Virus record (IMG/VR): IMGVR_UViG_3300005805_000287
Coordinates: 1-32,002 of that record
DNA: 32,002 nucleotides
From: a virus
Lineage: Duplodnaviria; Caudoviricetes
Strand: one strand, 5' to 3'
Below, in pieces: positions 1 through 7,522 of the stretch. A program made the position numbers and the translations under genes. The notes below the pieces were generated by a model. The model searched no databases. It was not told where the DNA came from and was given only the letters and a program-made list of their open reading frames with translations. Position 1 is the stretch's first letter, and each line of letters starts with the position of its first letter.

Positions 1-35
1 GGGATACAAGGTGAAGGGTGGGGGGATTTGGGTGG

Positions 36-80
36 TTGCAATCCTGCGGGCGATGGGCTTATACTTGAACCATCGGGATA
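36..80 (+). promoter_or_regulatory. Conserved promoter copy P1 (TTGCAA-N18-TATACT-N5-CATCGGGATA)
   Basis: TTGCAA 36-41, TATACT 60-65, CATCGGGATA 71-80; same architecture recurs four more times, each upstream of a small-gene cassette. Confidence 0.8.
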
Positions 81-108
81 AAGGAACACCCGAAGAAAAG
101 GGAACAAA

Positions 109-300
109 ATGACAAACGCAACATTCAACAAAGATGGTCAGACTTGGCGCATCCGCGAAATCATGGAAACCAATTCAGTCATTCGTGATTTGGGTTGGAC
201 ACATTGCGCAATGGTGACACGCCCGAACGGGAAGAAGGCTTACTACGCAAACCTGCAAATCAATGAAGGTGCAATCATCGCTTCTGTGGTGGTGTGCTAA
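109..300 (+). CDS. Hypothetical protein (63 aa), first gene of cassette 1
   Basis: ATG follows P1 and purine-rich AAAGGGAAC leader; stop overlaps next ATG (TAATG). Confidence 0.75.
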   Translation: MTNATFNKDGQTWRIREIMETNSVIRDLGWTHCAMVTRPNGKKAYYANLQINEGAIIASVVVC

Positions 301-569
301 TGGCACGCGAAATTATCCGCAAGACACCGCAGTTCACAATCCGCATCACCGATGTTGTGCTTGCTGATTGCCCTAGCGATGGCGGGAAGTGGGCTTTGAT
401 GTGTGAACATCTTGATATCGTTTCGGGCGAATGGTTCAATGGGGGCATCATTCAGGACACAAACAAAAAGCGTCTTGCTGGTCATCGCTCAGAAGTTCGC
501 GGTGCTGGCTTCTGTGATTGGTGTCCTGCTTGCCAAGCGGCGCACGATGAAGAAATAGCGGGTGCGTGA
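300..569 (+). CDS. Hypothetical Cys/His-containing protein, possible zinc binder
   Basis: ATG at 300 coupled to upstream TAA; CEH and CDWCPAC motifs; TGATG coupling to next gene. Confidence 0.7.
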   Translation: MAREIIRKTPQFTIRITDVVLADCPSDGGKWALMCEHLDIVSGEWFNGGIIQDTNKKRLAGHRSEVRGAGFCDWCPACQAAHDEEIAGA

Positions 570-1207
570 TGAAGGTGCGTCGCCCGATTGATGTAGTGAA
601 GCCGATTGCTGCGCAGTTGGTTGAACATTTCGCATCGCAAGGATTGGTGTGCGAAGTGGGCGGGTCTATGCGTCGGCAATGTGCAATGGTTGGCGATTTG
701 GATATTGTTGTGCGCTGCGAAAGTCTGCAACGGATTGTGTTGCCTGATTGGGTTTTGTTTCATCGGTTGGGTGAACAAGTTGCGCAAGGTGGTGTGATGT
801 TGTCTGATGGTTCGGAATTGACGGTTGATGTTTGGGCGGCTACGGAACGGCAATGGGGCGCGTTCTTGTGGTACATCACGGGCAGCAAAGAATTGAATGT
901 GAAGATGCGGCGGATGGCTTCGGCTGCTGGTTTGAAGTTGTCGCAATTTGGTTTGTTTCGTGGCGATGTTCAGATTGATGATGGTACGGAAGAAGGTGTT
1001 GCTGCGGCTTTGGGTATGGATTGGATTGACCCGATTGCGCGAAGTTTGGGTGTGCGTCAGGATGCGATGCGGTCATTCGTTGTTCCTTCTTCATCTGGTC
1101 ACGGTTCTTATGTGGTGCAGGAAACGGAACGCGGTTGGGTGTGTGATTGCCCGCATCACAAGTATCGTCATGTTGAATGCAAACACATCGCGTCGGTGCG
1201 TGTGTGA
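569..1207 (+). CDS. polX: Minimal family X DNA polymerase/nucleotidyltransferase with C-terminal SWIM zinc finger
   Basis: GSMRR..GDLD, VDVW (third Asp), YITGSKELNxxMRR, GLKLSQFGLF match Pol beta/PolX palm and C-terminal motifs; C-terminal CDCPHHKYRHVECKH fits SWIM CxC..CxH. Confidence 0.85.
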   Translation: MKVRRPIDVVKPIAAQLVEHFASQGLVCEVGGSMRRQCAMVGDLDIVVRCESLQRIVLPDWVLFHRLGEQVAQGGVMLSDGSELTVDVWAATERQWGAFLWYITGSKELNVKMRRMASAAGLKLSQFGLFRGDVQIDDGTEEGVAAALGMDWIDPIARSLGVRQDAMRSFVVPSSSGHGSYVVQETERGWVCDCPHHKYRHVECKHIASVRV

Positions 1208-1274
1208 CCATTTCCCCCTGCGGGAACGGTGCGGGCATCCGCCCGCCTGCATCGTTCCTGACAGGGGATGTGGT
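1207..1274 (+). terminator. Long hairpin closing cassette 1
   Basis: GGGAACGGTGCGGGC (1222-1236) pairs with GCCTGCATCGTTCCT (1245-1259) allowing G-U; outer CCCCTG/CAGGGG and ACCA/TGGT; no clear U-tract. Confidence 0.55.
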
Positions 1275-1302
1275 TCAATATGATGGGAAAAGGATGTGAT
1301 GC

Positions 1303-1776
1303 ATGGGTGGCAAAGGCTCAGGAAGAAAAGCGAAACCTGTTGAACAGCACATTCGCTTAGGCAATCCATCAAAGAAGAAGTTGCCCACGAAACAGGAACT
1401 TGCGCAAATCATGCAACTACCTACTGCGGTTGTGCCTGAACCGCATCGCCCGCTTGGGCAGACGGGTCGCGGATTGTGGGAACAAATCTGGTCATCGGGT
1501 GCTGGCTGGTTGTCGCGTGGCATGGATACCGAAGTGGTGTTGCTTGTCTGTGAAGCATCGGATGAGCGCACGCGGCTTCGCGTGAAGTTGCAGCAACAGC
1601 CCGATGCGTGGCGTGATAGGCGTGCGTTGCGCGAATTGGAACGGCAGATTATTTCTTTGCTGTCGTTGATTGGGTTTTCGCCAGCAGACCGCGCTTCTTT
1701 GGTGACGGGTACGCCACAGGGCGAGAACTTGACCGACTTGCATAAACGCATCGCGGATAAGCGTGCTACCCGATAA
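1303..1776 (+). CDS. terS: Terminase small subunit (P27-like)
   Basis: N-terminal GRKAKP..GNPSKK, C-terminal IGFSPADRASL; immediately upstream of terL. Confidence 0.85.
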   Translation: MGGKGSGRKAKPVEQHIRLGNPSKKKLPTKQELAQIMQLPTAVVPEPHRPLGQTGRGLWEQIWSSGAGWLSRGMDTEVVLLVCEASDERTRLRVKLQQQPDAWRDRRALRELERQIISLLSLIGFSPADRASLVTGTPQGENLTDLHKRIADKRATR

Positions 1777-3244
1777 GTCTTGGCAGCCCGCATATTTCAC
1801 GCAGCGGATTGATGAAGCATCTGATGGTGATGAACTGATTGCGTTTGCCAATCAGCATTTCAAAGTGTTGAAAGGTTTTCGTGCGGGTGAACCTTTGGAT
1901 TTTACAGATTGGCAGAAATGGTTGTTGCGTTCGTTGATGGAACGACGCAAGACGGATGGGAAGTTGCGTTATCGTCGTGCGCTGATTGGTTTGCCACGCA
2001 AACAAGGGAAGTCGTTGATGGGTTCTGCGTTGGCTGTGTATTCAATGATTGCTGGTGAAGCAGGTTCAGAAATTTATGCGGTGGCTTCTGACAAAGACCA
2101 AGCACGCATCATCTTCGGTGAAGCGAAGCAACAAATCTTGTCGTCACCTGTGTTGTCTGCGGAAGCGCGTGTGTTGCGCGATGCGATTGAGATGCCGCGC
2201 TTCGGTTCGGTGTTCCGTGTGTTGTCATCTGACTTTCGCGGGCAAGCGGGGTTGAACCCGTCATTGGTGCTGTTTGATGAATTGTGGGCGCAGAAGTCAA
2301 GTGACCTTTTTGAACAGATGGTGCAGGGTTCGGGCAATCGTCTTGAACCTTTGATTGTGAGCATCACCACCGCAGGTTATGACTTGGACACGCTTGCGGG
2401 TCAGATGTATCAATATGGGAAACGGGTTTCGGCTGGTGAAGTTGATGATGCGTCGTTTGGGTTTTGGTGGTGGGAAGCGAATGCGGATTGCAAGATTGAT
2501 GACCCGAAGCAATGGCGCAAAGCAAATCCGAACATTGCGGAAGGTTTGATGAGCGAAGAAGATTTGCAGGTTGCGGTGAAGGCTTCGTTTGAAGGTTCGG
2601 AAATGAGCGTGCGCAGATGGCGTTTGAACCAATGGGTTCGTTCGCAGGAAAGTTGGTTGCCTGTGGGGGCTTGGGAACAATGCCGTTCTGATTTGGAATT
2701 GTCTGCGGATTTGCCTGTGTGGGTTGGGATTGATATGGCTTTGAAACATGACAGTATCGCGGTGGTGATTGCGCAGCCGCAGGATGAACGGGTGGTGGTG
2801 CGTTCAAAGATTTGGCAACCGAAGGATGAAGGTGTTGATGTTGCGGATGTTGAAAAGTATTTGCGTGAACTGCATCATGCATACGATGTTCGCGAATTTG
2901 CGTTTGACCCTGCCTACTTTCAGCGGTCAGCGGAACACTTATCGGATGAAGGTTTGCCGATGGTTGAATTCCCGCAGAACGGTTTGCGAATGATACCTGC
3001 GTGCGGGCAAGCCTACGAATTGATTGTTGGCGGAAAAGTTGCGCATGATGGTTCACCGACTTTCACAGACCAAGTGCTTTCCGCTTCGCAACGCTTCACG
3101 GATAGTGGTTGGCGATTGAGCAAAGGCAAAAGCAAACGAAAAATTGATGCGTGTATTGCTATGGTTATAGGGTTAGACAGGGCAACCCGAAAGCAAACAC
3201 CCATCATTGACAATGCCCCGATGGTGGTGAATGTGTGGACATGA
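1763..3244 (+). CDS. terL: Terminase large subunit
   Basis: Walker A PRKQGKS, Walker B LVLFDE, ITTAG motif, nuclease GIDMA...KIDACIA. Confidence 0.95.
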   Translation: MLPDKSWQPAYFTQRIDEASDGDELIAFANQHFKVLKGFRAGEPLDFTDWQKWLLRSLMERRKTDGKLRYRRALIGLPRKQGKSLMGSALAVYSMIAGEAGSEIYAVASDKDQARIIFGEAKQQILSSPVLSAEARVLRDAIEMPRFGSVFRVLSSDFRGQAGLNPSLVLFDELWAQKSSDLFEQMVQGSGNRLEPLIVSITTAGYDLDTLAGQMYQYGKRVSAGEVDDASFGFWWWEANADCKIDDPKQWRKANPNIAEGLMSEEDLQVAVKASFEGSEMSVRRWRLNQWVRSQESWLPVGAWEQCRSDLELSADLPVWVGIDMALKHDSIAVVIAQPQDERVVVRSKIWQPKDEGVDVADVEKYLRELHHAYDVREFAFDPAYFQRSAEHLSDEGLPMVEFPQNGLRMIPACGQAYELIVGGKVAHDGSPTFTDQVLSASQRFTDSGWRLSKGKSKRKIDACIAMVIGLDRATRKQTPIIDNAPMVVNVWT

Positions 3245-3402
3245 AGAACATCTTGCAGCAATTCACGCGAAGTCGGGTGACAACCGCGATGGAATTGGTT
3301 GGGTTCGGTCTGGTTTCGGTTGGAATTGGGTTCATTTCCATTCCGATTGCGCTGATTGTGGCTGGTGTTCTTTTGATTGCCGCAGGGATTACAGCAGCAT
3401 GA
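3241..3402 (+). CDS. Small membrane protein (53 aa) between terminase and portal, not in ORF track
   Basis: MKNILQQFTRSRVTTAMELVGFGLVSVGIGFISIPIALIVAGVLLIAAGITAA; ATGA overlaps at both ends. Confidence 0.7.
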   Translation: MKNILQQFTRSRVTTAMELVGFGLVSVGIGFISIPIALIVAGVLLIAAGITAA

Positions 3403-4859
3403 GCATCCTTCGCAAGCGCGAACAACGCGCACTTCCTTCCACGATTGACCCTTATGGCGTAACTGCACGCCCATTCTTCAACAACTATTCAGGCGAAGTA
3501 GTGAATGAAGTTACTGCGTTCGCGCATTCGGCTGTTCTTGCCGCTGTCACTTTGTTGGCTGACAGCATCGCATCAATGCCGCTTGAATTGACGCGCACAC
3601 GCGGCGGAAGAATTGAACGCTTGCCAACCCCATCGGTACTTATCAAACCGAATGAAAACCAGACGATGTTTGAATTCGTGCATCAAACGATGGTGACACT
3701 TGCTATTCATGGCAACGCTTACATCTATGCACCAAAAGGAAACAACGGGCTTCCTGTTGAGATGCGCAATCTGCATCCGCACGAAATCAAGAATGTTGTC
3801 TATAACGACATTGGGGAAATCATCTATGAAGTTGGTCGCAACAAATATACGAACAAAGAAATCCGACCTATTCATTGGCTGATATTGCCAAACCAGCGGC
3901 GCGGCATTTCGCCATTGGAAGCGATGCGCAACACAATCGGAATGGGAATTGCGATGGACAGATTTCTTGCGCAGTTCTACGGTGAAGGCGCAACCCCGCA
4001 ATCAGTTTTGGAAACCGACCAACCGATAACTACCGACCAAGCCGCAGTTCTGCGTGACACTTGGGAAGAAGCGCATTGGAAGCATCGCCGCCCCGCAGTT
4101 CTTTCTGGCGGTTTGAAGTGGCGTTCCATCACCACTAGCGCAGCCGATATGGAAATGATTGCGCATCGTGAAGCAATCGTTCGCGATATCGCACGCGCCT
4201 ATCGCATCCCATTGTTCTTGCTTGCTGGTACGGGTGGCGATACGCAAACATATTCCAATGTGGAAAGCACAGGTTTGAATTTTCAAAGATATACATTGCT
4301 TGCTTGGCAGCGTCGTCTTGAAGATTGCTTTTCTGAGATGCTGCCAATCACGCAGCGTGTTCGTTTCAACAGCGATGAATTCACACGCGCCGATTTGCTG
4401 ACCCGCGTAAAGGCACAGCAAACGCAAATCATGTCTGGCACATTGACACCGAATGAAGCACGCGAAATTGAAAACCGTGAACCGTATGAAGGTGGCGACC
4501 AATTCGTGATGGGTGTTGCAGGAACGGCAATTGCTGGTGTTGAAGGTGGCGACTTGCCAACATTGGGAACTGACCAAATGCCACCAGAACGCAGTTACAG
4601 GAACGAAGTGGTTGTGAACCATGCGCCGATGCCAACACCGCTTGTTGTGCATGAAACACCGCAGAACATAAGCATTCAATATCCTGAACAGACGGTGAAT
4701 GTGGAAGCACCGATTGTAAAGTTTGAACCGCAGACAATCAACATTCCCGAAACAGTTGTGAATGTGCAAGTGCCTGAACCGCGTTTCGTTCGTCGTACAG
4801 TTGAACGCGATGCTGATGGGCGTGTGTCGGCAATCATTGATGAAAGGATTGATGACTAA
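3399..4859 (+). CDS. Portal protein, HK97 family, with C-terminal extension
   Basis: IASMPL, PNENQT, HGNAY, GISPL, IARAYRIP, TPNEAREIEN motifs; start re-assigned to ATG 3399 (ATGA overlap). Confidence 0.92.
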   Translation: MSILRKREQRALPSTIDPYGVTARPFFNNYSGEVVNEVTAFAHSAVLAAVTLLADSIASMPLELTRTRGGRIERLPTPSVLIKPNENQTMFEFVHQTMVTLAIHGNAYIYAPKGNNGLPVEMRNLHPHEIKNVVYNDIGEIIYEVGRNKYTNKEIRPIHWLILPNQRRGISPLEAMRNTIGMGIAMDRFLAQFYGEGATPQSVLETDQPITTDQAAVLRDTWEEAHWKHRRPAVLSGGLKWRSITTSAADMEMIAHREAIVRDIARAYRIPLFLLAGTGGDTQTYSNVESTGLNFQRYTLLAWQRRLEDCFSEMLPITQRVRFNSDEFTRADLLTRVKAQQTQIMSGTLTPNEAREIENREPYEGGDQFVMGVAGTAIAGVEGGDLPTLGTDQMPPERSYRNEVVVNHAPMPTPLVVHETPQNISIQYPEQTVNVEAPIVKFEPQTINIPETVVNVQVPEPRFVRRTVERDADGRVSAIIDERIDD

Positions 4860-5242
4860 TGGCAACAGGAATTTCTGACTATCTTGCGGATGCATTATTG
4901 GATGCGGTTGGAAACAACACTTCGTTTGCTGTTGCAACCGTGTATGTGAAACTTCATGTGGGCGACCCATCAGCAACAGGAACAGCAAACCCTGCCGTTG
5001 AGACAACCCGCAAATCAGTTTCGTTCGCAGCCGCATCATCGGGTGTGCTTGCATCTGATGCTGCTGTGACTTGGACAAACATTGCAGGTTCGGAAGATGC
5101 AACCTTTTTCACCGCTTGGGATGCTTCTACTTCTGGCAACTTTCTTTGTTCGGGAACGATAACTGCGAACCCTTATACCGCAGGGGATACCTTCACAATT
5201 GCTTCGGGTGATTTGACAGTTTCACTTACTATCGCTTCATAA
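4859..5242 (+). CDS. Putative virion structural protein (beta-rich, 127 aa)
   Basis: YVKLHVGDP, AWDASTSGNFL pattern typical of small phage fibre/decoration proteins; coupled to portal. Confidence 0.6.
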   Translation: MATGISDYLADALLDAVGNNTSFAVATVYVKLHVGDPSATGTANPAVETTRKSVSFAAASSGVLASDAAVTWTNIAGSEDATFFTAWDASTSGNFLCSGTITANPYTAGDTFTIASGDLTVSLTIAS

Positions 5243-5263
5243 AGTCATCGGGCAGTTCGCGCC

Positions 5264-6109
5264 ATGACAACCAACTTTCGGTTCATCGTTGATACGAACG
5301 AATTGGATGATGCGCAAGTTGGATTGGGTTCACCGTTTGTAAATCTTGAACGGTTCGCGTTGGATGCGTCATCGTTGAATGATGAAGGTTTTGGTTTGGA
5401 TGGTGATTTGTCATTCAAGGTTGTTGGTTCAGCGGATAGCGAAGCGGGTAGTTTGGTTGCTCAGGCTTCGGGTGAAATCATTGTCACGGTTGTTGCGTTG
5501 GCGGAAGGGGATTGGGGTGATGCGTTAGGTCAGGCAACTGCGACAGTTGAACATGATGGTTCGGCTGAAAGTTTGTTTGGTGGTTTGACCGCTGCTGCTT
5601 CTGCTGACATTGATAATCCTGCGACGGGTGAAGCGTCGTTGGGTGCTGTGGTTGCGTCTGCATCTGCGACAGTTGAACATTCTGCGGAAGCGATGTCACA
5701 GTTCGGAACGCTGGATGCGTCGGGTGAAGCATTGGTAATTGTCAATGCTTCGGGTGTCACAGTTGTTCCTGCGTTGGTTGCGTCGGCAGATGGTGTTGTT
5801 GTTCCTGTCGGTGAAGGAATTGCGGATGCACCGCTTGGTTCGTTGGATGCATCTGCGTTTGCATCGGTGACGAAGAAGGCTGCTGGTGGTGCGGGTGGTC
5901 GCGTGCGCTGGTTGGAACAGTTGCCACCGAAACCGATTGTTGTTGCGAAAGATATTCCGCAAGAAGTTGAAACGATTGTTGTTGAACGCGAACCTGTTTT
6001 GATTTTTGCTACTGCATCAATTGGTTTGGGTGTGGTTCGTGCGCGGGCTTTTGGTGGGGTTTCTTGGGTCGCGGAACGGGATGATGAAGAACTGTTGCTG
6101 CTGTTGTGA
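5264..6109 (+). CDS. Acidic Ala/Gly-rich repetitive protein, putative head fibre/structural
   Basis: Repeated A-x-A-x-FG-x-L-x-A-x-A-x-G segments; C-terminal DDEELLLLL. Confidence 0.6.
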   Translation: MTTNFRFIVDTNELDDAQVGLGSPFVNLERFALDASSLNDEGFGLDGDLSFKVVGSADSEAGSLVAQASGEIIVTVVALAEGDWGDALGQATATVEHDGSAESLFGGLTAAASADIDNPATGEASLGAVVASASATVEHSAEAMSQFGTLDASGEALVIVNASGVTVVPALVASADGVVVPVGEGIADAPLGSLDASAFASVTKKAAGGAGGRVRWLEQLPPKPIVVAKDIPQEVETIVVEREPVLIFATASIGLGVVRARAFGGVSWVAERDDEELLLLL

Positions 6110-6149
6110 TGGGCTGAAAAAGGCTGTTTTTATTGGGGTTTTTGAATAG

Positions 6150-6194
6150 TTGCAATCCTGCCCGAAACCTGCTTATACTGAATACATCGGGATA
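6150..6194 (+). promoter_or_regulatory. Conserved promoter copy P2
   Basis: TTGCAA 6150-6155, 18-nt spacer, TATACT 6174-6179, CATCGGGATA 6185-6194. Confidence 0.8.
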
Positions 6195-6227
6195 ACAATA
6201 AAGCCCGCAACGAAAGGAACAGTCCAC

Positions 6228-6395
6228 ATGAACACAGCAAAAGAAATCCAGAAGCAACTTGAAGTTCAACAGGGCAATCTTGCAATGTTGCAAGACTTCA
6301 AGCCAAATTCCCCATTGGTTCTTCAAACCATCAAAACCATCATCAGCCTTTGCGCAACGCTTGAAACAATGAATTCAAATGGGTCGGTGAAATAA
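6228..6395 (+). CDS. Hypothetical protein (55 aa), cassette 2
   Basis: ATG 6228 after GAAAGGAAC; the track's TTG 6150 start is the -35 box of P2. Confidence 0.65.
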   Translation: MNTAKEIQKQLEVQQGNLAMLQDFKPNSPLVLQTIKTIISLCATLETMNSNGSVK

Positions 6396-6397
6396 CA

Positions 6398-6637
6398 ATG
6401 AACACAGCAAACAAAACCCAAATCAAGCGCGTTATCAAAATGATGAACGAATACTTTGGTTCAACGCTCACATCCGAAGCAATCGTTGATGGAAACCTGA
6501 TTAGTTGGGAAGGCAACTACGAATGGAATGAAAGGTTCAATGATTGGTTTCACCGCAACAAGGCATTCTTCAACTGCGGAAATCTTTGGTACGAAAATCA
6601 GAACGGTTACAGCATCCGCGTTTATTGCGGTTGGTAA
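6398..6637 (+). CDS. Hypothetical protein (79 aa), cassette 2
   Basis: Tightly packed after previous stop; aromatic/Asn-rich; A/C-rich DNA. Confidence 0.7.
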   Translation: MNTANKTQIKRVIKMMNEYFGSTLTSEAIVDGNLISWEGNYEWNERFNDWFHRNKAFFNCGNLWYENQNGYSIRVYCGW

Positions 6638-6644
6638 TCAAAAG

Positions 6645-6698
6645 GGGTGACTAGAAAGCAGGGAAGTGCAAGCCTTCCCCACCCACAAGGCGAAAGCC
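6645..6698 (+). ncRNA. tRNA-elbow-like RNA element A
   Basis: GGGTG/CACCC stem stacked on GGGAAG-TGCAAGC-CTTCCC T-arm-like hairpin; ACTAG in linker; followed by ACAA and a GGC-GAAA-GCC tetraloop. Confidence 0.55.
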
Positions 6699-6735
6699 GA
6701 ATATCAAAACCAACAACAAAAAAGGAAAAGGAACA

Positions 6736-7149
6736 ATGGAAACCAAAACAGAAATCATCAATCCATCAGTCGGGGTGGATGTAACGAAACACATTGGAAG
6801 CGACGCATACCACGAAATCGTTGTGGCGACTGCCCGCAACTACCGCATCATCTACACCATGAGCGCACGAAGCGTTCTTGGCAATCTGACACTTGACACT
6901 TGGAAATCACTTCCAAATTCAATTCGTCGCAAGCACGCACGAAATGCTTGGTTGAATGCACTAAGCAATTTACGAACCGATACGGAAACCATGTACGACA
7001 ACGAAGAACAAATCAAATCAGTTGTTGATAGATGGAAAGCAGCCCATGCCTACACACTTCGCAAGGATGGCTACTACACCAGCAAAGGGCGCAATAGCGA
7101 TTATTTGAAAATAGACAGCACCTACCAATACCTTGACCCGAACTTTTAG
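6736..7149 (+). CDS. Hypothetical protein (137 aa), cassette 2
   Basis: A-rich leader AAAAGGAAAAGGAACA-ATG; ends YLDPNF. Confidence 0.8.
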   Translation: METKTEIINPSVGVDVTKHIGSDAYHEIVVATARNYRIIYTMSARSVLGNLTLDTWKSLPNSIRRKHARNAWLNALSNLRTDTETMYDNEEQIKSVVDRWKAAHAYTLRKDGYYTSKGRNSDYLKIDSTYQYLDPNF

Positions 7150-7158
7150 GTCATGGCG

Positions 7159-7208
7159 ACCCGCCCCTAGTGGGCAACGCGCAGGTGCAATCCCTGCGGC
7201 GGGTACAA
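7159..7208 (+). ncRNA. tRNA-elbow-like RNA element B
   Basis: ACCCGCC/GGCGGGT 7-bp stem plus GCAGG-TGCAATC-CCTGC T-arm (12-bp stack), CCCTAGTGGG in linker, 3' ACAA. Confidence 0.6.
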
Positions 7209-7258
7209 ACAAAACATCGGAACGCTAGTGTTGGCTTGACATAGGAAAGCGGTGTGCG

Positions 7259-7522
7259 ATGTTGGGCTACAAAGTGACCGTCACAGATGAAGTGACGCTA
7301 TTGATTGCGGCAGATGATACGAACCGCTACGCATATTTCAATATTGTCGGGAACAAGGTGCTTGCATTGGGCGGTGCGTCGGTCACTTTCGCTACGGGTT
7401 TGCAAGTCGCGAAGCACACCGCACCAATGGAAATCTTTGTTCCTTTGGGTGAAACGCTTTACGCTATTTGCGACACAGACGATAGTGATGATGTTCGCGT
7501 GCTGCTTCCGAATGTGGATTGA
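7259..7522 (+). CDS. Hypothetical protein, probable small virion beta-sandwich protein
   Basis: AGGAAAG upstream; beta-strand-rich; coupled to protease gene. Confidence 0.65.
   Translation: MLGYKVTVTDEVTLLIAADDTNRYAYFNIVGNKVLALGGASVTFATGLQVAKHTAPMEIFVPLGETLYAICDTDDSDDVRVLLPNVD

Noticed and set aside
3231-3398. Portal N-terminal extension in ORF track (542 aa)
   Set aside because: Better explained by a separate 53-aa membrane ORF (3241-3402) and a portal start at 3399
4002-5102. Long minus-strand ORFs (this 366-aa one, also 24711-25586, 14362-15105, 2364-3056, 20835-21503)
   Set aside because: Antisense shadows of clear + strand genes, with no recognisable motifs or start signals
7159-7208. 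Canonical tRNA gene (also 6645 and 29601)
   Set aside because: No anticodon arm or proper D-arm; reported only as tRNA-like folds
7185-7222. Sixth promoter copy (GTGCAATCC...CATCGGAA)
   Set aside because: No -10 hexamer and wrong spacing; the TGCAATC is the loop of RNA element B
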